From positions 2,753-66,752 of the forward strand of contig SHLP01000002.1 in assembly GCA_004283055.1 (NCBI GenBank): a stretch of 64,000 bases of DNA, written 5' to 3'. The stretch is from Deltaproteobacteria bacterium. GTDB lineage: Bacteria; Myxococcota_A; Polyangia; Polyangiales; Houyiibacteriaceae. Under the pieces are notes generated by a model. That model saw only the letters and a program-made list of their open reading frames with translations, was not told the DNA's origin and did no database searches. Shown piece after piece: positions 9,449 through 18,310 of the stretch; position 1 is the stretch's first letter; every line of letters starts with the position of its first letter. Made by a program: the position numbers and the translations under genes.

Positions 9449-10633
9449 ATGGCGCGCACGGCGAACAGCACATTGGCCTCCCTCACCTCTTGGATCGACC
9501 TGCGCGGCGGTTGGCCGGAAGTGGTTTGGGGCTTCGTGATCTTGTCGCTTTCCTTCAACCTGTACGGGCCAGGCCGCCCGCAGCCCGGCGACTTTCTGAT
9601 GGTGGGCGTCCTCTGCCTCCCGATCTTCCTCGTGCACTTTCAGATGCCTACGGCGATCAAGCTCCCCGTGCTGTCCTTGGTTGCCTTTCTCATCTATGTC
9701 TTTGGCTGCAACTTCGTGTGGGCCGCAGCGACCGGCGAGTGGGATTTCTTCAAGTCCAGCACTTTCTACGCATTCAATTTCTGCGTCTTCCTCGGCTACT
9801 TGGTGATGCTCGGCGATCGCGGAGACGATTGGCTCCGCTGGACGCTTTACGGTTTCGCCGCGACGCTCGTGATGTTGGCGCTGCTGTCTGTCCCCTTCGG
9901 GGATCGCGCCGAAAGTGGGCGCTTGGAGCTTTTCTTCGTCAATCCGAATCAGCTCGCCTACCACGTCCTGCTGTGCGCCAGCATCGTGGTCATGCTCGCG
10001 CCGCGTTACAACGTGCCTCGATTCGTCCTGTACGGGCTTCTCGCCTGTGCGGTGTACATCGAGCTTCGCACCTATTCCCGTGCCGGTATTCTCGGAATCG
10101 CCTTGCTCGCAGCCATTCAGTTTGCGCACCGGCCCACCCTGGTCACGCTCGTCGCGCTACCGGTTTTGGTGCTCGCGCTCTACCTCGACCTTCGAGCGCT
10201 CGACACGGACCTCTGGGAACATCGCGTCGAAACGGTCCAGCAGGCCACCACCGAGGACTACGTGACCGATCGAGGCATCGACCGACTCTACGAACACCCC
10301 GAATATCTCTTCGCGGGCGCAGGCGAGGGCTATCACCTCCGTTTTCACCACAACAAGCTCGAGATCCACTCGAGCGCGGCCAACCTCATGTTCTCTTATG
10401 GGGTCGTGGGCACGATCCTGTTTCTTATCTTTCTCCGATTGCTGAGTGTCGCTGCAGGGGCACGGCTCACGCTGCTGATGATTCCCGCGCTTTCGTACAG
10501 CCTCTTCCATCAAGGAATGCGAGCGCGCCCGTTTTGGATCTTGCTGGCCGTCGCGCTGGGGCTCGGCGTGCTCACGGCCGTCGAGGCGCTGCGCGCGCGA
10601 AACACGCCACCTCTCACCCTCGCGGACCGCTAG
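9449..10633 (+). CDS. Wzy-like polymerase / O-antigen-ligase-domain membrane protein
   Basis: Polytopic membrane protein. YIELRTYSRAGILGIALLA resembles the Wzy_C loop. The ATG directly follows the GT2 stop. The G+C content is visibly lower than in neighbouring genes. Confidence 0.65.
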   Translation: MARTANSTLASLTSWIDLRGGWPEVVWGFVILSLSFNLYGPGRPQPGDFLMVGVLCLPIFLVHFQMPTAIKLPVLSLVAFLIYVFGCNFVWAAATGEWDFFKSSTFYAFNFCVFLGYLVMLGDRGDDWLRWTLYGFAATLVMLALLSVPFGDRAESGRLELFFVNPNQLAYHVLLCASIVVMLAPRYNVPRFVLYGLLACAVYIELRTYSRAGILGIALLAAIQFAHRPTLVTLVALPVLVLALYLDLRALDTDLWEHRVETVQQATTEDYVTDRGIDRLYEHPEYLFAGAGEGYHLRFHHNKLEIHSSAANLMFSYGVVGTILFLIFLRLLSVAAGARLTLLMIPALSYSLFHQGMRARPFWILLAVALGLGVLTAVEALRARNTPPLTLADR

Positions 10634-10637
10634 TCGC

Positions 10638-12554
10638 ATGTGTGGAATCGTTGGAGTTTGGCACCTCGATGGCAGGGCAGTGAACTCGGCCGCGATCGAG
10701 GCCATGCGTGATGCGCTGACCCATCGCGGGCCCGACGACGCAGGGCTGTGGCTCGAGGGCTCCGTAGGCCTCGGTCACCGAAGGCTCTCGATCCTCGACC
10801 TCTCGGAAGCCGGGCGAATGCCGATGGCGAGCCCCGACTCCGCGGTGCAGGCGGTCTTCAACGGAGAGATCTACAACTTTCGCGATCTGCGCGCGGAGCT
10901 CGAAGCCGAGGGTCATCGGTTTTTCAGCGAAACCGACAGCGAGGTGGTGCTTCGGGCCTATGAGCAGTGGGGCGTCGACTGCTTCGACCGGTTCAACGGG
11001 ATGTTCGCAGTGGGTATCTGGGACGGCCGCGCGCAGCGAATGGTTCTGGCTCGGGACCCTGCCGGTCAAAAACCGCTCTACTACGCGTACCGCCCTGGCC
11101 GCTGGCTCCTTTTCGCCTCCACCTTGGCGCCGCTCGTCCGCTATGCGGGGAACGAGCTCGAAATCGACGAAGCAGTCGTCAAGGATTACGTCCGCTTTGG
11201 GTTTCCGCCGGACGGGCGTGCGATGCTCGCTGACGTGCGCAGCCTCCCGCCGGGAAGCTTCAGCCTCACCGAGCGGGGCCGCGAGCCTCGCAACCATCGA
11301 TACTTCGACCTGACCGCATTCGCCGAAGTGACCCCGACGCGGCAAGGCAGTGAGAAAGATCATCTCGAGACGTTTCGCGAGACCATGCGAGAGGCCGTGA
11401 GCGCTCGGCTCGTCGCCGACGTGCCGCTTGGGGCATTCCTCTCCGGAGGGCTCGATTCGAGCTTGGTCGTTGCCTTGATGGCCGAAAAGGAAGCCGATGC
11501 CGTTCAGACCTACACCATCGGCTTCGAGCAGGCCGAGTTCGACGAAAGTCAGTATGCGGCCCGAATCGCATCACACCTCGGGGTGCAGAACACCGTCCGC
11601 GTGCTCCGCGGGCCCGATGTGCTCGCTCAGTTGCCCGACCTCGTGCGCTACTTCGACGAGCCCATGGCGGACTACTCGGTCCTCCCGACCCTCGCGGTGA
11701 GCAAGCTGGCGCGCGAGCACGTGACCGTCGCTCTGACCGGCGACGGCGCCGACGAGGAGCTAGGAGGCTACAAGTACTACCTCGCGCAACGCGCTATCGA
11801 GCCGTACATGCAGCTCGTTCCCGAACCCCTGCGCGCGGCTGTGGCCAAGGCCGCCCGGCTCGTTCCGAACGCAGGCGCCCGCCGAATCGTGGCGAGATCA
11901 GGGGCCAGCGACCCTGCGCTCTTTTTCGGGCTTGGCGGGTTCTATCGCGGCGCCACCGTCGACGCGGTGAATCGTCTGCTCTGCGAGCAAAATGAGGCGC
12001 CGAAGCGCGTCGCCGAGTTCCTGCGGGCACACCCTCTCGGGAACAGCGTCGAAGCAGGCATGCTGTACGACGCAACCCATACCCTTCCCCATGCCTGGCT
12101 CCACAAGGTCGATCGGGCAAGCATGGCAGTTGGTCTCGAGGCACGCTCGCCGTTTCTCGATCGACGTGTCATCGAGCTGGCATTCACGCTTCCACTCGAG
12201 ATGCGGATTCGTGGTCGCCACAAGAAGTACCTCGTCCGTCGTTTGCTTCGCGAGTACCTGCCCGCGGAGCTGGTCGAACGTCCCAAGCAGGGCTTCACGG
12301 CGCCCGTCGCACATTGGCTTCGAAACGAGCTTCGCGAAGAGCTCGAAAACCGGCTGAGCACGGAGATGATCGTGAAGAGAGGTTTCTTCGACCCCAAGCG
12401 AGCACAAATGCTCGTCCAGGAGCACCTCCGGGGCACGCACGACCACGCCCAGCTTCTTTGGGCTCTTCTGGTGCTGGAATGGTGGATCGCGCAGCAGCTC
12501 GAAGGCGACGCTGGGCTGATTGATTACTCGCGCGGCCGCTCCGCGCTACGCTAG
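10638..12554 (+). CDS. asnB: Asparagine synthase (glutamine-hydrolysing) family amidotransferase
   Basis: MCGIVG provides the N-terminal Cys nucleophile, and SGGLDSS is the PP-loop. Length is 638 aa. Confidence 0.9.
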   Translation: MCGIVGVWHLDGRAVNSAAIEAMRDALTHRGPDDAGLWLEGSVGLGHRRLSILDLSEAGRMPMASPDSAVQAVFNGEIYNFRDLRAELEAEGHRFFSETDSEVVLRAYEQWGVDCFDRFNGMFAVGIWDGRAQRMVLARDPAGQKPLYYAYRPGRWLLFASTLAPLVRYAGNELEIDEAVVKDYVRFGFPPDGRAMLADVRSLPPGSFSLTERGREPRNHRYFDLTAFAEVTPTRQGSEKDHLETFRETMREAVSARLVADVPLGAFLSGGLDSSLVVALMAEKEADAVQTYTIGFEQAEFDESQYAARIASHLGVQNTVRVLRGPDVLAQLPDLVRYFDEPMADYSVLPTLAVSKLAREHVTVALTGDGADEELGGYKYYLAQRAIEPYMQLVPEPLRAAVAKAARLVPNAGARRIVARSGASDPALFFGLGGFYRGATVDAVNRLLCEQNEAPKRVAEFLRAHPLGNSVEAGMLYDATHTLPHAWLHKVDRASMAVGLEARSPFLDRRVIELAFTLPLEMRIRGRHKKYLVRRLLREYLPAELVERPKQGFTAPVAHWLRNELREELENRLSTEMIVKRGFFDPKRAQMLVQEHLRGTHDHAQLLWALLVLEWWIAQQLEGDAGLIDYSRGRSALR

Positions 12555-12567
12555 AGTCCGCGTACAC

Positions 12568-13791
12568 ATGCGAATCGCACAGCTCTGTTTTCAGCGCTAT
12601 CCCTCCCCCAGGCACGGGGGCGGCGGCGACGTGCGTCTGTGGCAGAGCCTTTGCTCGCTGAGGGCGCTCGGCCACGAAGTGGACGTCATCGTTTGCGATC
12701 CGCTCAACGAGCGGACCGCGGAGCTCGACCGGGTCGCAAGCTCGGTCACCGTGCTGCGCTCGAAGGACGTGCGACTGGGCACCCTTCCTTGGCTGGCTAG
12801 CCGGGTGTTCAACCCGTCGTCCCTGGCGATAGCCTGCCCGGATCTTCGCGGACTGCGCGATTCAGTTTCACTGTGCTTGTCCGAAACGGGAACCGTTCCG
12901 GACCTCGTTTGGGCCGAAGAGGTGTTCTCCGTCCTGCTTGCCGACGAGGACATCGCGGCCCCGATCGTGCACAGCCATCACGACTTCCACTTCAAGCTGA
13001 ATTTCGTGCGCAGTCGGAGTCAGCCGAGCAAGCGCCTCCGAAGGCCGCAAGCGCTCTCGAGCAAGCGCCTTCGAGACGTCGAGCTCGAAGTCTGCCGCCG
13101 CGCTGCGCACACGGTCTGCGCGTCGAGCTCCGAAGCCGAATTCATTCGCGGGCTGGGCTTCTCGGCGAGTTACCTGCCCGTCACCGGACCGACAATCCCG
13201 GAGCCCGACTACGCGAGACTCTCGGAGGGCCGCTTCTTTCTTTTCGGTAACCCGAACACGGCGATGCAGACCGCCCGGCGAGAGCTGGAAACCCGCATTT
13301 GGCCCGAGCTCGAACGCCTCGAGCTCGATCTGGATTGGCATCAGCTCGGCAAGATGCCCTCGAACACCGCCGACCCATCTTGGAGATGGATGGCGGAGCG
13401 TTTCGTCATGCACGGATTCGTCGAAGATCTCGGCGAGCTCTTCTTGCCTGGCGACGCGTCGGTGATGCCCTACCCTTTCGACACCGGCGGCCGAGTGAAA
13501 TTCGCCGTGGGCGCAGGGTACGGAGTCGTGAACATCGCATACGAAAAATCGTTCGAGTGCTCCGAGGAGTTCACGACTGGGGTGGATTGCCTCGCTGCGA
13601 AGGATCCGGCTCATTTCGCGGAGCTTTTGCAGGCGTTCGACTCTGATGAAGCGCTACGTCTGAGGCTCGCCCGAGGGTCACGCGCAGTTTATGAGCGCCA
13701 CTTCACCATGGAAGCCCTTTACTCGAAGTACGAGCAGGTGCTCCGATTTGCAACAAACCCCAGCGCGGAGCCGGTGTCATGCGCGTCCTAG
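12568..13791 (+). CDS. GT-B fold (group-1-like) glycosyltransferase
   Basis: The start is ATG 12568 (MRIAQLCFQRYPSPRHGGGG). The overall organisation is GT-B-like, but the motifs are weak. Confidence 0.5.
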   Translation: MRIAQLCFQRYPSPRHGGGGDVRLWQSLCSLRALGHEVDVIVCDPLNERTAELDRVASSVTVLRSKDVRLGTLPWLASRVFNPSSLAIACPDLRGLRDSVSLCLSETGTVPDLVWAEEVFSVLLADEDIAAPIVHSHHDFHFKLNFVRSRSQPSKRLRRPQALSSKRLRDVELEVCRRAAHTVCASSSEAEFIRGLGFSASYLPVTGPTIPEPDYARLSEGRFFLFGNPNTAMQTARRELETRIWPELERLELDLDWHQLGKMPSNTADPSWRWMAERFVMHGFVEDLGELFLPGDASVMPYPFDTGGRVKFAVGAGYGVVNIAYEKSFECSEEFTTGVDCLAAKDPAHFAELLQAFDSDEALRLRLARGSRAVYERHFTMEALYSKYEQVLRFATNPSAEPVSCAS

Positions 13792-14489
13792 GCCTGATCC
13801 CCGCACGCGGTGGCTCCAAAGGTGTCCCCCGCAAGAACATTCGTCCTCTCGGAGGCAAGCCACTCATCGGATATACGATCGATGCCGCGCGCCTGGCGAG
13901 GCAAATTGATCGCGTCCTGGTGAGCACCGACGACGCGGAGATCGCATCCGTCTCGAGTTCCTTGGGCGCGGAGGTTCCGTTTCTGCGGCCCGCTTCACTC
14001 GCCCACGACGACACCCCGATGTTGCCGGTCGTCGAACACGCGCTCGAAGCGGTCGTGGCGGAAGGATGGACGCCCGACGCACTGTGTCTTCTCCAACCTA
14101 CGTTTCCGTTTCGCCGCCCCGAGGAAATCGATGCCTGCATCGAGTCGCTCGAATCGCAAGCAGCCGACTGCGTGATTTCGGTTCATCGCGTGCCTGCGCA
14201 TTTCAATCCGCACTGGGTCTACTTCGAGCGTCCCGACGGTTCCTTGGGGCTATCGACCGGCGAGTCCGAGCCAATCCCGCGTCGTCAGGCGCTGCCACCG
14301 GCGTTCCACCGGTCCGGAGCCGTCTATGTGTCCCGCGTTGCGACGATTACCGAGCACGGATCGCTCTACGGTAGCCGGGTGGTCGGCCATGAAACACCTT
14401 CGGACAGCAGCTGCAACATCGACACCATCGAGGATTGGGATCGAGCCGAGGCGCTCGTCGCACAGCGGGAACGCCATGTCATCGACTAG
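13779..14489 (+). CDS. neuA: Acylneuraminate cytidylyltransferase (CMP-sialic/nonulosonic acid synthetase)
   Basis: It carries the signature MRVLGLIPARGGSKGVPRKNIRPLGGKPLIGYTI. It overlaps the upstream gene by 13 nt. Confidence 0.85.
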   Translation: MRVLGLIPARGGSKGVPRKNIRPLGGKPLIGYTIDAARLARQIDRVLVSTDDAEIASVSSSLGAEVPFLRPASLAHDDTPMLPVVEHALEAVVAEGWTPDALCLLQPTFPFRRPEEIDACIESLESQAADCVISVHRVPAHFNPHWVYFERPDGSLGLSTGESEPIPRRQALPPAFHRSGAVYVSRVATITEHGSLYGSRVVGHETPSDSSCNIDTIEDWDRAEALVAQRERHVID

Positions 14490-15918
14490 CCGCGTCTATA
14501 CGTTCTTCTCGGTGCACGAGCGCCTTTTTCTTCCGGTTCACCGCCTCCTCCGCGACCGATACGGGATCGATTCTTTTGCCGGGACGGTTTGGGGGCACGA
14601 TCAAGCGTCGTTCCTGGGCGAAAATGACATCGACTACGACCCGCTGGTCGTCTTCACGAGGGACATCTTGGAGCCGAGCCGCGGCGCAGTCCCCAACCTC
14701 GACTTTCTTCGCGAACGCGAAGAGCGCTACGGCGTCAGCATTCATCGGATGATCTGGTCGGAGCGTCATCTCCTCGAAGGTCGTAGCTACGATCAGGTCC
14801 TTTCGATCACCGAGCGGGCTTTTCGCGTGGTCGAAGACGCGTTCGAGCGCTTCGAGCCGGGCTTCCTGTTCAGCGAAGATGTCGGCTGCCTCATGAGCTA
14901 CATTCACTACACGGTTGCCAAAGGCAAAGGCGTCCCGTTTTGGCGCATCGGAAGCGCACGGATGAAGGGGCTGCTCTCGGTCTACAGCGCTGGGCCGCAG
15001 GAATGGAACTTCACCAAAGACAAGCTCGCGGCGATTCGCGAGCGCGGCCTGAGCGAAGAGGAGCGAGACACAGCGGCGTCGTTCATCAGGACTTTCCGGG
15101 AACGCCCCGAACGCCCGACCGGTATGCGGACTCGGGACCGTCTCCCGGTCGCCGACAGGGGCGATATCGAGCGCCTGGCGCAGTTCAGCGAACGCTATCG
15201 GACCGACCGAAAGAATCCCACGCTCACCTCGCCGACGAGCGCCCTCCGCCAACGTGCGCTGCGTCTCGCGCGTAACCGGGCATCGAAAGCGCTCGACTAC
15301 TTCGAGCGTCCGGTCCCGGGCGAAAAGTACGTGCTCTACCCGATCCACCTCCAGCCCGAAGCGTCCACTCTCGTGCAGGCCCCGTACTATCTCGATCAAG
15401 CTGCCCTGGTCGAAGACATCAGCAAGAGCCTCCCGGTCGGCTGCCGGCTCTACGTCAAAGAGCACGTCAGCAACCGCGGTCGAAGGCCACTTGCCTTCTA
15501 CAAGAGGCTCCGCGAAACCTTCGGCGTCCGGCTCCTCGGTCCCGACGAAGACACCTGGACACTGATCAAGGACGCAGCGACCGTTGCGGTCATCACCGGC
15601 ACCGTGGGCTGGGAGGGCTTGCTATTTGGCAAGCCGGTCGTGACCTTCGGGAACGTCTTCTACAACGAATGCTCGCTGACCCACAAGGCCGGTCGGGTGC
15701 CGAAGGATGATTGGCATCAAGTGTTTCGACACGCGATCTTCGAGCACGAGCACGACGAGGAACGCCTGCTCGAGTTCGTCGCGGCAATCCAAGCGACCTC
15801 GCGCCCGGGCTTTCTCAAGAACCCAAATACGTTTCCAGCCGTGATGGAGCCGGAAAACGTCGAACGCATCACAGACGCGCTGGCCTGGGGCGCCGGCCTT
15901 CGACGAATCGATCAATAG
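14476..15918 (+). CDS. Capsule polysaccharide biosynthesis protein, KpsC/KpsS-like (Capsule_synth-type) candidate glycosyltransferase
   Basis: The start is ATG 14476, overlapping neuA by 14 nt. YVLYPIHLQPEASTLVQAPYY and LYVKEHVSNRG resemble the Capsule_synth family. This is recognised from memory. Confidence 0.5.
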   Translation: MSSTSRVYTFFSVHERLFLPVHRLLRDRYGIDSFAGTVWGHDQASFLGENDIDYDPLVVFTRDILEPSRGAVPNLDFLREREERYGVSIHRMIWSERHLLEGRSYDQVLSITERAFRVVEDAFERFEPGFLFSEDVGCLMSYIHYTVAKGKGVPFWRIGSARMKGLLSVYSAGPQEWNFTKDKLAAIRERGLSEEERDTAASFIRTFRERPERPTGMRTRDRLPVADRGDIERLAQFSERYRTDRKNPTLTSPTSALRQRALRLARNRASKALDYFERPVPGEKYVLYPIHLQPEASTLVQAPYYLDQAALVEDISKSLPVGCRLYVKEHVSNRGRRPLAFYKRLRETFGVRLLGPDEDTWTLIKDAATVAVITGTVGWEGLLFGKPVVTFGNVFYNECSLTHKAGRVPKDDWHQVFRHAIFEHEHDEERLLEFVAAIQATSRPGFLKNPNTFPAVMEPENVERITDALAWGAGLRRIDQ

Positions 15919-17063
15919 CTGAGGCGCTTTTCGACGCGCGGGGCGATGCGGGCCAGCGCCTCTGCAATCCGCGGGCCGGCCTTACCGTCGCCGTAAAGCA
16001 AATCACTCGAAAGGCGACCCTTGGCAGCTTGGCGGCGAATCGCGCCGGCAATGCTCGTCCGGTCGTGGTCGACGTCTACCACGTTGGTGCCGCGGTCGCG
16101 TCCTGCCTGCCTGCTTCCGATGTTGACCACGGGCACGCCGAGAAACGAACACTCGCGGATGCCCGCGCTGGAGTTCCCGACGAGACAGCGCGAGTGATAC
16201 ACGACCCGGAGGAAGTCCGTCGGCGACATGTTCTTGAAAAAGTGAAGGTTGCCCCCGCGATGGGCCTCGCGAAATGCTCGAATGCCGCGCGAAGTGCCGT
16301 CCGACCCGGCGTCTGGGTTCGGCCAGAACCAGAGCGTAGGCATCTCGGATTCGGCGACGGCGTGCAGGGTTTCTTGAACTTGTCTGCGTGCCAATTCGTG
16401 CTCGGTCGTCACCGAATGTTGAAGCACGACGAGATAGCCGCTGGACAGGTCCAGCTCCGCACCGACGCCACCGTATTTTTGCATGGGATCGAAATCGAGC
16501 GCCGGCTGCGCGAGCACACCCGCTGCGATGTCGATTGAGGGACAGCCGGTGACGATGACCGTACCGGGCTCTTCTCCCATCCTGAGGACCCGCTCGGCCG
16601 CCTGTTCGGTCGACACGAGGTGATAGTCCGCGAGCTTGGTAATGGCGTGACGGACCTTTTCGTCGATCGAGCCCGTGATTTCTCCGCCCTGAATGTGCAC
16701 GAGCGGGATGTTCATATACGCAGACGCAACCGCGGTGGCGAGCGTCTCGTGCCGGTCCGCAATCGTGACGACGAAGTCCGGCTGCAGGTTGTCCAAAGCG
16801 GTGGCCAGCTCGATCATGCCGAGGCCCGTGGTCTTGGCCATGGTCAAGGGCTGCTCGCCTTCGAGCACCATATACACCTTGCGCGTGACGTCGAAACCAT
16901 CGCGCTCGATCTCGTCGACCACCGAGCCATAGCGGTCGAGCAAAGCCGATGCCGCCGCGAGAATTTGAAGCTCGATGTCGTTGCGTTTTCGCAGCGCTTC
17001 GAGAGCTGTGCGAATTCGGCTGTAACTAGGTCGAGCGGTGATGACGACGCAGACTTTTCTCAC
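15912..17063 (-). CDS. neuC: UDP-N-acetylglucosamine 2-epimerase (hydrolysing)
   Basis: MRKVCVVITARPSYSRI, VHIQGGEITGSIDE and GNSSAGIRE are typical of the NeuC-type hydrolysing epimerase. Confidence 0.85.
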   Translation of the reverse strand: MRKVCVVITARPSYSRIRTALEALRKRNDIELQILAAASALLDRYGSVVDEIERDGFDVTRKVYMVLEGEQPLTMAKTTGLGMIELATALDNLQPDFVVTIADRHETLATAVASAYMNIPLVHIQGGEITGSIDEKVRHAITKLADYHLVSTEQAAERVLRMGEEPGTVIVTGCPSIDIAAGVLAQPALDFDPMQKYGGVGAELDLSSGYLVVLQHSVTTEHELARRQVQETLHAVAESEMPTLWFWPNPDAGSDGTSRGIRAFREAHRGGNLHFFKNMSPTDFLRVVYHSRCLVGNSSAGIRECSFLGVPVVNIGSRQAGRDRGTNVVDVDHDRTSIAGAIRRQAAKGRLSSDLLYGDGKAGPRIAEALARIAPRVEKRLSY

Positions 17064-17066
17064 GTG

Positions 17067-18149
17067 CTAGTCCTCGATGTCTTCTTCTTGGAGATAGTCA
17101 CCTGCACCAACTGCGCGGCTCAATTTGCGACCGACGACTTCGTCCATGCGCTGCGCCGAGACTCCACGAGCAGGCTTCTTGGTCGTGAGATCCTCGACGC
17201 GAAGAACTGTGCCGGCCGCGAGGTCTGTACGGGGCACGATGCTCTTCATGAAGAGGCTGCGCATCTCGGCCATGTCCCGTGCGACCGCATCCTTATCGAC
17301 GGGATTGGCAAGCATGGTCTCCGTCGCGCGCACACCCTCGACGAGCATCTTCAGCTCTTCGAAGGTGACCGAGGCCGGAACATCCGGCCCAAACGATCGT
17401 CGACTGAAGGTAACGTGCACCTCGAGGAGCTGCGCTCCAAGGGCCGCCGCAGCAAGCGAGGGGTAGATCGTCCCGCTGTGGTCCGAAAGACCAACGGGAA
17501 CACCCAGTCGTTCTTGGAGCTCGCGCATGACGTTCAAGCCGACAGCGTCCAGGCTGCTCGGATAGGCGGAGGTGCACTGCATGACCGCGACGCTGAGCCC
17601 TTTTGCTTTGGCCCAGCCGACGGCCGCGTCGATCTCCGGCAAGGGGCTCATGCCCGTCGAGAACAGCACCGGCCAGCCCGTCTTGGCGAGGCGCTCGAGC
17701 ATCCACAGATCGGTGATCTGCCCAGACGCGATCTTCCACGCGGCGACTCCAACATCGGTCAGCAGGTCGACAGCCTCTTCGGAAAACGGCGAGCTCAAGA
17801 AGAAAAGGCCCCGTTCGTCGGCGTGCGCCTTGAGGCCCCGCCACTGCTCGGCGGTAAACTCCATTCGCTTCCAGTACTCGAAACGCGAGGCGTCTTGCGG
17901 GCTGAATTTGACCCGCCATGGTTCGTCCGGCCGGCTTTCGGCGTCGGCGATGTGCGTTTGGAACTTCACGGCGTCCGCCCCGGCGTCCGCGATGGCATCC
18001 AAGAACGCATGCGCGGTGCCCAAGCTGCCATCGTGCGACTGCCCCACTTCGGCAATCACGCGGCAACGACCTGAGACTAAAAAGGGCTTCGTCACGCGCT
18101 CATCTTTCCCAACCCCATGCTTGCACATGGGTGTTAGCAGCTGGACCAT
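17067..18149 (-). CDS. neuB: N-acetylneuraminate (nonulosonate) synthase with C-terminal SAF domain
   Basis: RVIAEVGQSHDGSLGTAHAFLDAIADAGADAVKFQTH is the NeuB signature. The C-terminal SAF-like segment is VLRVEDLTTKKPARG. The start is uncertain (18149 or ATG 18128). Confidence 0.9.
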   Translation of the reverse strand: MVQLLTPMCKHGVGKDERVTKPFLVSGRCRVIAEVGQSHDGSLGTAHAFLDAIADAGADAVKFQTHIADAESRPDEPWRVKFSPQDASRFEYWKRMEFTAEQWRGLKAHADERGLFFLSSPFSEEAVDLLTDVGVAAWKIASGQITDLWMLERLAKTGWPVLFSTGMSPLPEIDAAVGWAKAKGLSVAVMQCTSAYPSSLDAVGLNVMRELQERLGVPVGLSDHSGTIYPSLAAAALGAQLLEVHVTFSRRSFGPDVPASVTFEELKMLVEGVRATETMLANPVDKDAVARDMAEMRSLFMKSIVPRTDLAAGTVLRVEDLTTKKPARGVSAQRMDEVVGRKLSRAVGAGDYLQEEDIED

Positions 18150-18310
18150 ATCCTAGACAACCGTTGACGATTTTCCCGATAAATGGCAATCCGCGTCGAG
18201 TGGGGTCGGGGTCGGAACGCGCGAGATGGACGCCTGAACGCAGAGGCACGGGTCGTAGTGGGGCTGGGCCGAGCAATCCGGGGTCCGCGATTCAATTCGC
18301 GCTCGCAGCG

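Noticed and set aside
10638-12554. AsnB homologue as a lasso-peptide cyclase (RiPP cluster)
   Set aside because: It retains the MCGIVG glutamine-amidotransferase nucleophile and full length. No precursor peptide, B-protease or dedicated exporter is adjacent. It is embedded between Wzy-like and glycosyltransferase genes, which fits a sugar/EPS amidotransferase role.
16620-18074. 484-aa plus-strand ORF
   Set aside because: It is antisense to neuC and neuB, both of which have unambiguous signatures. The composition is low-complexity and Arg-rich.
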